NCBI GenBank assembly: GCA_964373175.1
Contig: CAYJTP010000002.1
Coordinates: forward strand, 40,402 to 104,401
Length of the DNA stretch: 64,000 nt
DNA from: an uncultured Planctomycetales bacterium
GTDB lineage: Bacteria > Omnitrophota > Gorgyraeia > Aquiviventales > Aquiviventaceae
Direction of reading: 5' to 3'
Each line of letters starts with the position of its first letter. The first letter of the stretch is position 1. Shown here in pieces: positions 24,001-36,000 of this stretch. The translations under genes and the position numbers were made by a program. The notes under the pieces are model-generated. The model was not told the DNA's origin, did no database searches, and saw only the letters and a list, made by a program, of their open reading frames with translations.

Positions 24001-27000
24001 ACATCGAGCGGCTGATCGCGTTGGCTCCGCGAGACCGGGCGAACGTCCTGCGGCGGTACCAGCGCGTCATCGAGCTCAACCAACAGTCAAAGAAGATATC
24101 GCTGCGGGCTGGGAACGAGTTGCTGAAGCGCTTAGAGGCGATCACCTCGCGGACCGTCCGAGATGCCCTCATTGCAGAAGCGAAGGCCGCGAATGACCGG
24201 TCGAGTCGGCGTCCATCAGAAGCACTGTACCAGGATGGGGCGTTCGACGTGAAGCTCCTGGAACAACTCCTCCAGCAGGCTGCCCAACAGGCTGAAGGAG
24301 AACTTCGAACCGCCCACCAGGACAACACCATACATCTCGAGGCTAAGATCGGCGGCAGTACACGCTATCTCCACTCGGGCTCTCGAGGTGATATCGATGT
24401 CATGCTGCTCCATCAAGGATCCGTGACCCGTGAAGCGGCGACAGATGCCTTCCTCGCGGCATTCAAACCACTGGCGGAGGCGTTCAAGAATGTCTCGATT
24501 GATCGGCGTGGTCCAGCACGAAGCCCCGTCTTGATTGCCTCCTCTGCTGCTGGAACGCGTGAAGTCAACCTCGATCTCTACCCGATCACCTCGTGGGGGG
24601 AGGCGAGAGACTGGATCATCGAGTTCCTCCAGGAAGGCTTTAGCACCCTCGCCAGTCCCCACCGAGCGGTCGAGGATGCCGTGGCCGTGGCCTATTACCT
24701 TCGAGAAGATGCGTTGTACCGCAAGATGCTGGACCGGTTCCTGGCCATCCGCAGAGGGACCGCCTTCGAAGCCGAGGATCTCCACGCATTTCTGACTCAA
24801 TTCGCCGATGACCTGAAACGCTTCGGCATGCTCGTCTACCAGAACCCCGCTGCCTTAGATATCCTCGGCCGTCTGAACGAGTCTGCGGCGTTGACGGAGT
24901 CCGAATTGGCTAAGGAGCAGCAAGCTAAAGCGACCACGTCCAAGAGTCAAAAGCCAAGGAAGGGAAGCCCGTCAGGCTCGCCCCTATCGTGGGTAGGGAT
25001 CCTCCTCGGGCCGATTGGCCTGCTTGCGACTCTCGTCGTCTGGGGGGCGGCGCTCTTCCGCCCGCAGCTTCGGGCATCATGGCAAGCGTTGAAACGGCGG
25101 CGGCTGATTCACCGGACGTTTGGCGGGCTCATCGACACGATTGGCGTCATGCTCGATGAACTCGGAGAGGTGCCGACCGGGCATGAGGCACAGGCGGCCT
25201 TTATGCGCACGCTTCAACCAATCGTGGAGGCCTGGTATCAGGAGAACCGCAAGCGGATTGAGCAGTTGCAGCCGTTGTTGGTCCAACCGACCGGGCGCGA
25301 GGGGTACCACAGTAACCTGATCTACAAAGATCGCAAGGGGCGCTTCTTTATTCTGGGCCATCGCTTTGCCCCGAACGGTGGGGGAACCCCAATTCACTTC
25401 CGTGGCGATGCAGATCACGGCTACAAGTCGGGCATCCTGGTGACGCTCGATGAGGGAATTAAAGAGACGCGGTTTCGTGTTGAGTCCCGCAACGGCCCGT
25501 GGGTTCGCCTCACTCCTCTTGAGACTGCTACACTTCCTGCCGGCGGCATAAGCGTTTCGACCGAACAAATCGGTACCCCGCACATGGTGACGAATCGTAG
25601 AGACACGCCGGTCGGCGTCATTGGGCTCTACCTGGGCTTGTTCACTAAGGCTGAGCGGGCTACACCAAAAGCTGACGATCCGACCCTCTACTTTGTGCAA
25701 AAGGTGAATCCGAGCGAGCTGCGCTTTACCTGGAAAGACCTCGTCAAGGAGCAAGGCTGGGAAGCCCTGTATACCTTTGCGGCGCGCGAGGCCCTGAAGG
25801 ACGCCAAAGAGAAGAGCCAGATCGTCTACCACATCGATGGGACCGTCATGAATCCAGATGAAGTCTTGAGCATCGAGCCATTTAACCTGTCATCCGAGTC
25901 GATCATCTACCACGATCAACAGACCGGCCGCTTGCTCTTTTCGCCTCGCTCGCCTCCACCGAGCAGCGACAACCTTGCGCCACTGCCCACACCGACCCGC
26001 GACCTCCAGCAATCGGCCGAGGCCCAGCCTGAGCCGACCTCTTTTGTTTCGCCTGCTGAGCAAGCGCTTCCTCAAGAACCCCTCGTTCAAGCTCAAGGTC
26101 AGACCCTGCCAAGTGCGTTTCCCTTGACCTTCAAGTTCGGCATCATCAGCGACCTTATGTCAGGTGATCCTGCTAGGGCCATTGCTGCTGCTCGAAAAGC
26201 CTCTGAGCTCGGCTATCGGTATGGAATGCTGGAAGCGATTCGTAGCTTACCAGGACCGGTGGAACAGATTGTGGCTTTTATGATTTACTTCTTCGACGGC
26301 AACATCCTCGATGAGCAGTTTCCATCCACGTTTGGCATTACTGATCCAGCACGAGTAGCCACGGCCATCCAGTACCTTCAAGGTGAAGGCATCATCACCT
26401 CCAATGGACTTCGGTGGCGTTTCCATCCGATGCAAGCCCCATTACCAAAGGGCGTCTTTAGGTCGCTGAATGCCAGGCAACAATTCATGTTGAACGACCA
26501 GCGCTATCTTACGCTGAACAAGGACCGATTATCTCCAGTCCAGCGTCAGCGGCTGACGGACCACATCCAGTTCCGCCAAGGCGTGCTTGATCAAGTTGTG
26601 GCTCAAAGCCCGTTTGGTCAGTTATGCCTTAGTTGCATCCGCGCCCGGCCAACCGCGTACAGTTTGTTCCACTTACAACACTTTCAAGCAATTTGGAACC
26701 AAGTAGGCCAACGCCTCAATCCTGATGGACAATCCCTGGACCTCGCTGCCCAACTCAACCTCCTTGCGCAAGATCCTACCGGGGAGGGGCAGCGGCTTGT
26801 GCGTGAAGCGATCTTCGAACCACGCCATGCCACGTATCCAAGACGACTCGTCATTGAGGACTCCCAACTTGAGCGCCTCATGCGCCTCAAAGGTGAGGAT
26901 CCAACGCAGAGCGTGGTCTTGGATCAGGGAAGCAGCACCATGGTCACGTCACAGGAACTCCAACGTCGGCTTGGAGGGACTGTGATCGCGACGGACATTG

Positions 27001-30000
27001 CGAGCTTAGAGGAGATTCGATCCCGCCCAGGAGGTCTTTTGGTGCGCGTGGAGAATGAACCGCTTGATGAACAGGTGGTGCTAACCGACCGTTTGCAATT
27101 CCGCCAGGGGGACATGGCAAGGGACTTGTACACCGACCTAGCGGGTCGTGTGAACGTTATCCGGCATGCGAATGTATTGCATTATCTCAGCGAGGAGGCG
27201 TTCCAGCACACGATCGAAAACGTGTTTCGCTACGCTCAAGCTCGGCCCCAGGGACTGTTGTACCATGTCGGGAAAGCAGACATCAGTGATCCCGGCTTCC
27301 TTGATCAACTGATCTTTGATATCGGTGGGCAGTCGGCACGTGATTGGAGGTTAGTGTACGCTGGCTACCTCGGCTCAGGCTCAGCAAAGGAGCACAGCCC
27401 AGAATTTGCGCCAGAGCAGCTCATTGCCAAAGAGGAGGCCATTTCGAAACGGGTGCTCGCGATCCATCAAAAAGCCCTTGAACTTTCGGCGCATCTGCAT
27501 GGTGGGCAACTTGACGAGGCACTCGATCGCTTTGGCCGACTGCGCCAAGAGGCGCAAGACCAGCTCATGCAGTTCCTGTTTTCAGCGCATCCCCGAACCA
27601 TTTCTGAAGAGCTGACGCGTACAATCCTCCAGGACATCTTGCTGATCAGCCCATGGACACGGCATAGTGAATACACTGGCAGTTATTACCGTGATCAACG
27701 GGTCATGGTTCCACACGAGCTGGGGTGGCGGTTTGTGGAGTTACCACGAGACCTCAACGACCTCCTCGACGAACTTCTTCAGCTATTAACCACTCGTGCC
27801 TTTCAAACTCAGGGTCAGACCCCCGACAGTCACAGGACGGAACTGCAACACGCGCTCTTCAACGCCCTCACCGACATTGAGCTTAAGGCACAACCTGTCG
27901 AACCTCGCCAGGCTCCAGTCTATCGAGTGCCTGTTGGTAAGCTCAGCGTCCAACGGCTCCACGAAGCCGCAGCTTCGGTGCGCGCGCAGGTCACCGAAAA
28001 AGAACCGGTGGGGTTTGTTGAGCTACGGCCTGAGCACCTGGCCGACCTTGAGACAGCGCTGGCCAATTCTGACCTCACGCAGGCGCTTGAGGAACTTCGC
28101 GATGATCAACAGGTGAGGGTGCTGCTGGTTGCCAGCGCACAGGACCTTCACACTGACCCGCTTCACCGGTTGCACCGGCGCTTGGGTGAGCTGGGTATCC
28201 AGATTGCGCCCCCCATTGCTGACATCGAGCGGTTCGCGGATGACTGGCCGCCGGAGTGGACGCCGGAAGGACTTTCCCCTGAAGACTTGGCCGATGGCGA
28301 GGCGTACCACCGCGCGCTGTATCACGATGGGGATGTCAACCGACCAGTGAGCTGGCATGAGGAAGAAAGTCGCAAGCTCATCGAGCGGGCCTTCCGCTAC
28401 ATCAAGGATGGTGACGTCGTGGTGGACTACGGCACCGGAACTGGCGGCTCAGCCATCGAACTCCTCAAGGCGCTGGATGAGCGTGGGATCAGGGTTACGT
28501 TGGTCTGTGTGGATCCGCTGGCCTCGTGGTTTAGCAAGGCCTGGCAGTTACTCCACCATCGCGCCGATGTCCAGTTCTACTCCCTGTGGGATCCAACGAC
28601 GCGCAAGATGCGTCCACTCACTGAAATCCTGGGTTCCCACAAAGCCAACGTGATCGTCTCGGGCAGTACCTTCCACCTCATCCCCCAGAAAGCCTTTGGC
28701 CGAGCAATGCAAGACCTTGCGGATTCGCTGGTGGATGGCGGCGCGCTCCTTTGGAACAGCGGAGACATCGCCCTTGAGGGGGGCAAGCGTCCAGAGGACG
28801 CGGTACTCCTTCACGATCCCTATCGATCCATGCGGAAGGTGGCGATAGAACGGGTGAACACCGAGGGGGAATTCGCGACGCTGCGAGCCTCGCTCACGGA
28901 GGATGAACGCAAGGCCGCTGAAACGCGTGCCAATCGGATCTTTCCTCCGCAACCTCTGACAATCGATCAGATCCGGCAAGCCTTGACCGCAGCCGGGTTT
29001 GTCGACGGACGAATCACCCATGAACGGATCGAGGTGCTGGATGAGGATTCGGTTCAGTTCATCTCAACGGTCCCTCGGCTCCTGGACTTCCTTAGCGAGG
29101 TCCAAGATCCCAGTGTTCGTCAGGGGGTTATCAAGCACGTCATGCGCGAACAGGTGCTGCCCGAATTTCACAAGCAGCCAGCCGGCACCATCGAGGGGAT
29201 TCAGACATTCTGGACGTTCGGGGAGTTCATCAAGCCCGTTCTTGCGCCAACCAAACCTGAAACCGGTTCACCCGATCGGTTTGCCAAGGGGCAACCGGTA
29301 CCAAGTACCGAGGGGTCAGGTTCCGCCGCGCCGCCAACTGAGACAGCCACCATCGACTGGACCAATTCTCCGGTGCTCACTCAGCAGGAGCTGGCTGACC
29401 GCCTGAATGAGCCGGTCCACAACGTCCTGAACCTGCCAGGCTTCGCAGGCACGTTCAGGGTGGGAGACTTGTTGGTTCGTTCCCCGCAGGAGCGGGAGGG
29501 TTTTGAGATTGTTCAGCTCGCCAGCGGCAAACTCGTGCTGCGCTACAACCAGACGATCGTCGGGGGCAAGGCGGCTGAGCCGTCCGACATCGACGCGTTG
29601 TGGGAGGCACTTCGGGCCAAGGATCATAAGCGGACGCAGGCACTCATCAAGCAGCTTCACAAGCAACCGGAGACCTGGGTGTGGAAGGTGCACAAGCGCA
29701 CGGTGACCAAGATATCCGAGCGCATTGGCAAGCTGGGCCAGGAGCTTGGTCTTGACGAGCAGCACGCCGATGCGTTGGTTGTGACTGCTTCAGAGCTTAT
29801 GAATAACATCGCGCGTCACGCTGAGAAAGGGGTCGTGGTACTGCGTAAGGTCACGGTTGACGGGAGGGTGGGTGTTGAGGTGTTGGCGCTCGACCGAGGC
29901 CGAGGATTGCCTGAAGCGAGGAAGTTGGAAATTCTCAAAGGGAGGTTGCCGCTTGATTGGCAACGTCAAACAGGTCGAGGGTACGCGATCATCACGAATT

Positions 30001-33000
30001 ACAAGAACGTCCAGCACCTCATCGACGACTTGCAGGTCGACTCTCGGCCAGGCGAAGGTGTGAAGGTCACTCTCCGAACCCGGCTGCCTGTTGACACCAC
30101 AAGCAGGGCAGAACAGCAGTTCTCCGAATATCCACTGCAGGGAGGCGCCACCCTGCGGACGCGTCTTGCCGTGGAAGAGGTGAAACGCTTGCGCACCGGG
30201 CACGTGGTGGTCGCCGATGCCGCGAATCAGTTGAGGCTGGTGATTGAGTTGCCTAGCCTGCTTGGGAGCGTGGGGACATCCCTCGCACTCGCCAATGAGC
30301 TCCTTGGGACAGATCTTGTTCAAGAGATCGCTGACCGAGCAGCCAGGGATCCCAATCGAATCGTGACGGTTGTGGACTGGGGTTGTGGCAATGGGAGTAC
30401 GTTGAGGGAGCTTGCCACAGCCCTGCACCAACGCGGGATCACCAACGTCAGGCTGGTGGGATTTGCCAATATGTACTTTGATGAGTGGCAGGAGGCCCCC
30501 TCGAACGTCACATTCGTGCTCGATACGGCTGATCATCTTCTCAACTATTTCTCAGAGGGAGAAGTCGATCTGATCTACAGTCTCAGTGGACTGAAATACT
30601 TAGCCTGGCGAGCCTATCTCAAGCATCTGAAACAGCTTCGCTCCAGCCTCCAGCCAGACGGTGTCATCCTCGATGCTCCTAGGAGGCTCATGCTCTTCTA
30701 TCAATTCGGCCTTCCCATGTTCAAGGTGAGTAAGGTTGGTGTTGGTCGTCTTGGTGCTCGACTGACTCCAAAACCCACCTCTGTCTTCAAGGAAGGCGTG
30801 TTCAGTGATGGCCCACTGTCAAATCCTCCGCTGCGGAGATCTTTTGAGGGCACCTATTCCAGACCGGATCAGCCGCTGACCTTCGGCGCAGACTTCGGGT
30901 TTGGCCAGTTTGTTGAGCGCCTCAGGGACTTGTGGCGGCGGCTCATGCCGCGGCTGGCCAGGCGAACGACCCCAACCCAGCTGACGTGGCAGGCCCTGCA
31001 GCCGTTTGAGCGGATCTTGCTGGTCGATGATCGAGCGATGGTCTTGGCTTCGCTGTTGGCGTTCCTCAGAGCGCGCATGCCGACTGCCTCGTTTGACGTG
31101 GCCCGCGACCGGATGGAAGCGATCGCAACACTCACCGCTTCTCAACAAGCTGGCACACCCTTCGACCTGGTGGTCACGGACTTGAAGATGGGAGACGATC
31201 TGCTCACGATGCCTGTTGAACAGAAGCAGGGCGGCAAGCTCATCGCAGACATCCGGAGGAGCGCGTCGCTCGGTCGTCAGCCACGCATCGTCGTCTTGGC
31301 GGCTGGTGCGGCGAGCGAGGCGACGACGTTGCAACGCCTTGGAGCCGATGCGGTCGTGGATAAGCTTAGCGATGGATTCCTGGATCAGCTGTGGGAAACG
31401 ATCACCCACCTGCCCGATGAGGCCCTGGCGCGGGACACGGAGGAATGGCTGCGTCAGCATGCGACGGACAAACGCATCGACCCAGAACTCATCCGGCTGC
31501 AACGGGAGTTCCTGGAGCGCCTTCGCATCTTGCGAGAAATCAACAAGGAGAGGCAGCAGCCTGGAAGCGGCAACATCCACAAGATCGCCCTCGTGAGCAA
31601 ATTGCAAGGCCAGGCGAAGAAAGGGGCTGCGCTGTTGAGAATGGCCCAGCACGAGGGGATCGACTTCATGTACGCGCTTGGCGATGTGATTGGTCGTGGC
31701 GAGAAAGCCCACCTGCTGTTACGGACGATCCGGGCCTGGATGCAGCAACACAGGCCTCCTCACCTCGAGCTCCTCATCGGGGCGAATGAAGCGAAATTCA
31801 TGGCAGCGATGATGGGCCATCCGAAGTTTTCATCCCGCTTCCTCGACCCCATCGGGGGCGGACGAGCCCTGCTTAAAGAGGTGGGGGCCACGGAAGAGAC
31901 CTTCCGGTTCAATCGACAGCTCGTGGAGGATCTTCGCTTCATCCAAGACCATTTCCTGCTCTTTGACTATGACCTCGTGCATGGGGTGGGCATGGGATTT
32001 AGCTATCCGATCAATGACGACGGTCAACTGGCCGTGAACTTCTTCGGAGAAACAGGACCGCAAGCCCTGGCGAAGATCGAGGCGAGTATCCGGGCTTCGA
32101 GCAGTCTCAAAGGGTCTGTCCTGAACCACCTGCTGGCACTCCTGTTTGCCTTGGAAGAGAAACAGGCCGCTTCGCTGCCGGTGAAAGCCAAGGAACTGAT
32201 CGACGGGAAGCACACGACGATCGACGAGCTGCTTGAACACTTCAAAGTGCTCGGTCAAGGACATGAGCTGCTGCGATTTGTCCTGACAGAACCGAAAGAA
32301 GGAACACATCTTGCGCTCTTTGGGGATCGGGTCATCGGCATCATGGATGGAGCAGCTCATGAAGCGGACAGCGTCTTAGTGCTGGGGGGCGAAGGGATCC
32401 GTTGGTGGACGTGGAACGCCAAGCACGGGCGGTACGACCCGGGCAACGAGGTGCTTGAGGGCGCGACCTACCTCAACCAATTGGAAGGCCTGCACAAGGG
32501 CTGGATTGAGACCCATCGAACAGAAATCGCGTGGCGAAAGGAAGCCGCTGAGCTAGCTCAGAGCTCGGGGTGGGTCGATGAGCTGATCCGAAGGGTCAGG
32601 GACTTCCTCTCAGACCGCCTGCGCGCCTTCCGCTATGACCGGCGCAGCGACTACTATGTGAGCCGATTCATGAACCGGATGTATCAGGAAGGCTGGTACA
32701 TCGGGCGGGATGGCATCCTGCAACAAGGCATATCCAAGCATGAGCCGTCTGAGGCGTACCGGCAGCTCTTCAAAGCCGCGGAAATCCAAGCCCTTCATGG
32801 GAATATCATCCTGAATCGCAAGACGGGTGAGGCCGCCTTCCTCTTTGCGGATGAGAAAACAAATCCAGGACAACCGGATCTGTCCTATGTGACCTATCTG
32901 CTCCTGAAGAAGAACCCCGACCTCGTCTTGGTGGCTGATGACATCGCCCGGGCGTTTACACTGGGAGGGAAACTCTACGGAGGAACGCTGCCCTTAGTGC

Positions 33001-36000
33001 ATATCGGACAGGACCTGGTGGCGCTCGACTACAAGGATGACACAGGATTGCTGGTCGAACCGATGCTGGATGGCAAGCCGATTGTCCCGCAAGAAGGATT
33101 TGTCCCGATGACGAAAGTCATTTGGCTGAACTATGGCCGTGAGCCAGCCATGTCTCGCCAAGACATCATCCGGCGCATCTTGCGATCCCAAAAAGACCGG
33201 CACCATGTGTTAAGTCGTCGCTTCCTCAGAGGAGCCGTGGGACTGGAGGTTGAAGAGGTTCGGGTACCGCAATACAAGGTGTTTGAAAATGCCGCGAAAA
33301 TCGTGGCTAGAGATCTCCAAGGACTCTTTGATGAACACCACCCCCACCCGTTCTTGGGTCTTCGGCGGTGGGCGAAGATCGTAGCGCGGATCTTCAACCA
33401 GCCCCAGCCGTACCAGAAGTGGGAAGCCAAGGTCCTGAGGGAGAAGACCGCAACGCACATCCCGTTGATCCAGTTCCTTCGATCCTGGCTGAAAGTCGTC
33501 TTGTGGGTCGGCGTGGGCCCCTTTGCGAGTGTCACGCTCGCTATGCTCACCGGGATGGGAGGACGGGATGCAAAGCAGCCAGAGCCGCCGACCCAGCCGA
33601 GACGCCTCCTTGTGGTTGATGACAATGCCGCTGTGTTGGAGAAGGTCAAAGCCGCGCTGACGGCCCAAGGCTACGAGGTGGAGACGGCGCAAGGGGGCGA
33701 TGATGCACTTGCGCTCTACCAAGAGGCTCGAGACGCCGGCTGGCCGTTTGCCGCGGTCGTGACGGATCTGGCGATGCCGCCGCAGATGGATGGGATTCAG
33801 TTGCTCTCGGCGCTTCGACGACTCGATCCGACGTTGCCCATTGTGTTGCAGACATCAGAGACGACTGACGTCATTTTCCAGAAGCTCAAAGTGACAGATG
33901 GGGCGGACAGCGCAGACCAAACCAAGGGCCTCATCATTATGAAGAAGGCGGATGAGCATCTTGACAAGCTCGTGGGATTGCTGGCTCAGCTCCTCGGACC
34001 GACGACACTCCAAAATCCGCAGCCTTCCGCTGGCCAGGTATCTAGGTCTGTAGTTGATCAGTATTTGTCAGCAGAGGAACTTCAGCGATTCCAGGCGATC
34101 CGGGAGCTTCGGGAACGCAACCGAGGTGCGCTGTTCCACAAGGTCTTTGGACAACCCGATGCGCCGCCTGTGGCGTGGGGCGATCTCTCGCCAGAAGACG
34201 AGGTGCGCTTTGCGATCTGGGACTCAAGGATCTTGGATTCCCACAAACGGATGCATCGCGAAGAGCGCCAAGCCCTCATCGACATCTTGGCGAAGCGCGG
34301 GAACCTTTCTGACCATCTGCTGACCCTGTTGGACTCACAGTCCCGGCAAGTGAGCCGGCGTGCTCTCTTGGCGTTGATGGATCCCACCTTGCCAGTCAGC
34401 CGTAAGCGAAGGCTGATCCAGGCGCTGGAGCGCTTGTTCCATCGCTATGAGTCCTCTCCGCTTGAGCCGTTCTTCATCATCAAGGCGATGGAAGGTCAGG
34501 GGGCGGTGGGAGCGCTCAAGCGGATTGTCAAGGAGAGTCCTTCATGGCGAGCGGATGCGCAAGCGGCCCTCGAGCACATTCGCGCCTGGGAACAACCCCG
34601 TCGATTGGATGGCCGATTTGACAAGAAGCCGGGCGGAGACTGGCAACATGTGCTCACCGCCATGCTGTGGCACCCCGATCTGCTGGTGTCGGCTGAGACG
34701 GGCAAGCTGACGATTGCGAAATACCGAGCAGTGGACAGCACCGTGGAGGAATCCACAACCCGGAGAGATTTTGCCGACCTGGTACGGCTTGGCTACCTCA
34801 TCCCCGATGCTTCGACCAAGCCCTACACCTATCGCCTGGATTTTGTGCGGCTCCAAGACTATGACCCTGAAGCCCGGCAACGAGCCCAGACCATTCAGCT
34901 TGAGAAAGACATAGTCTCAATGCTGGTTGACGCGCTGACTGACCAGCTTGAGCAGCCCCTCGGCAATCTGGAGGGTCGCGTGCTCCTCGTTGGATCCCGG
35001 TACAGTCATGCCCAGCTTGCCGAACTCGCCCGGACGTTCCACAACGCCACTGTGGTTGGGATCGGGCAGCATCAGGGGCGGCTGGACATGATCAAGAAAA
35101 TCCTCAAGGCGTGGTATCCAGACCTCTGGCCTCGGATTGACCTGCGGCACGCCCCTGCCCACGATCTCCACGGCGTGATTCCGGATCGGTCGATGAAGCT
35201 GGTGATCGTGCCGACGGCGCGTGAACTCTTCGACGAGGCTGGCAACCCGCCAAGGCTGCGGCGCCTGCTGTCCGAGGCGGTCCGGGTGCTTGAGCCAAAC
35301 GGGGTTCTCCTGGCCGGATTGGGGCACCTGAGTCTCTCGCGGCAGATCCTGACAGACGAACTGGGGATGGAGGACCTTGATTCGGCCCGGCACCATCCCC
35401 TGGTGCTGCTCTTCAGGAAACCCGCTGCGAACACAACCACATCAGGTGCGCACACAGGATTTGTCCGCCGCGTGATTCTGCTTGTTGTGGTGGCCCTCAT
35501 GGTCCTCGTCGGCGCGCCAAAGGCCTTCACGCAGACTCTGGTCCTGGATCGGACAGAGCAGATCGCCCAGGGTCAGACCCCTAGGGCAATCACCAAATTG
35601 CAAGTTCCAAATAAGTTCCAAGCTCCAATCACCAATCACCAAACGCGGGACACGGTTTCAGAGACCACCACGCCCGCGGCTCAAGACACCGCGATCGTCA
35701 ACGAACTGGTACGGCGCGGGTTCACCGAAGATGAAGCGAAGATGGTGATTGAGGAGCAGCGGCTTCTTGTGCAACGCGTAGCCCCGCATCTGTCTGAGGA
35801 AGAACTCCAACAACTCCATTGGCACACCTATCCGAAGAGCGCGGGGACGCTGCTTCAGCGGTCACTCAGGACAGTGATTGAGTTGGGTGTCCTGGCTGGG
35901 CTGTGGGTCTGGTATCTTGTCTGGTCGTGGAGATCCATCAAGCGAGACCGAGGGAAGTCGCTACCCCCAGGGCTCATTTTTGGAATCGGCCTGTTGATGC

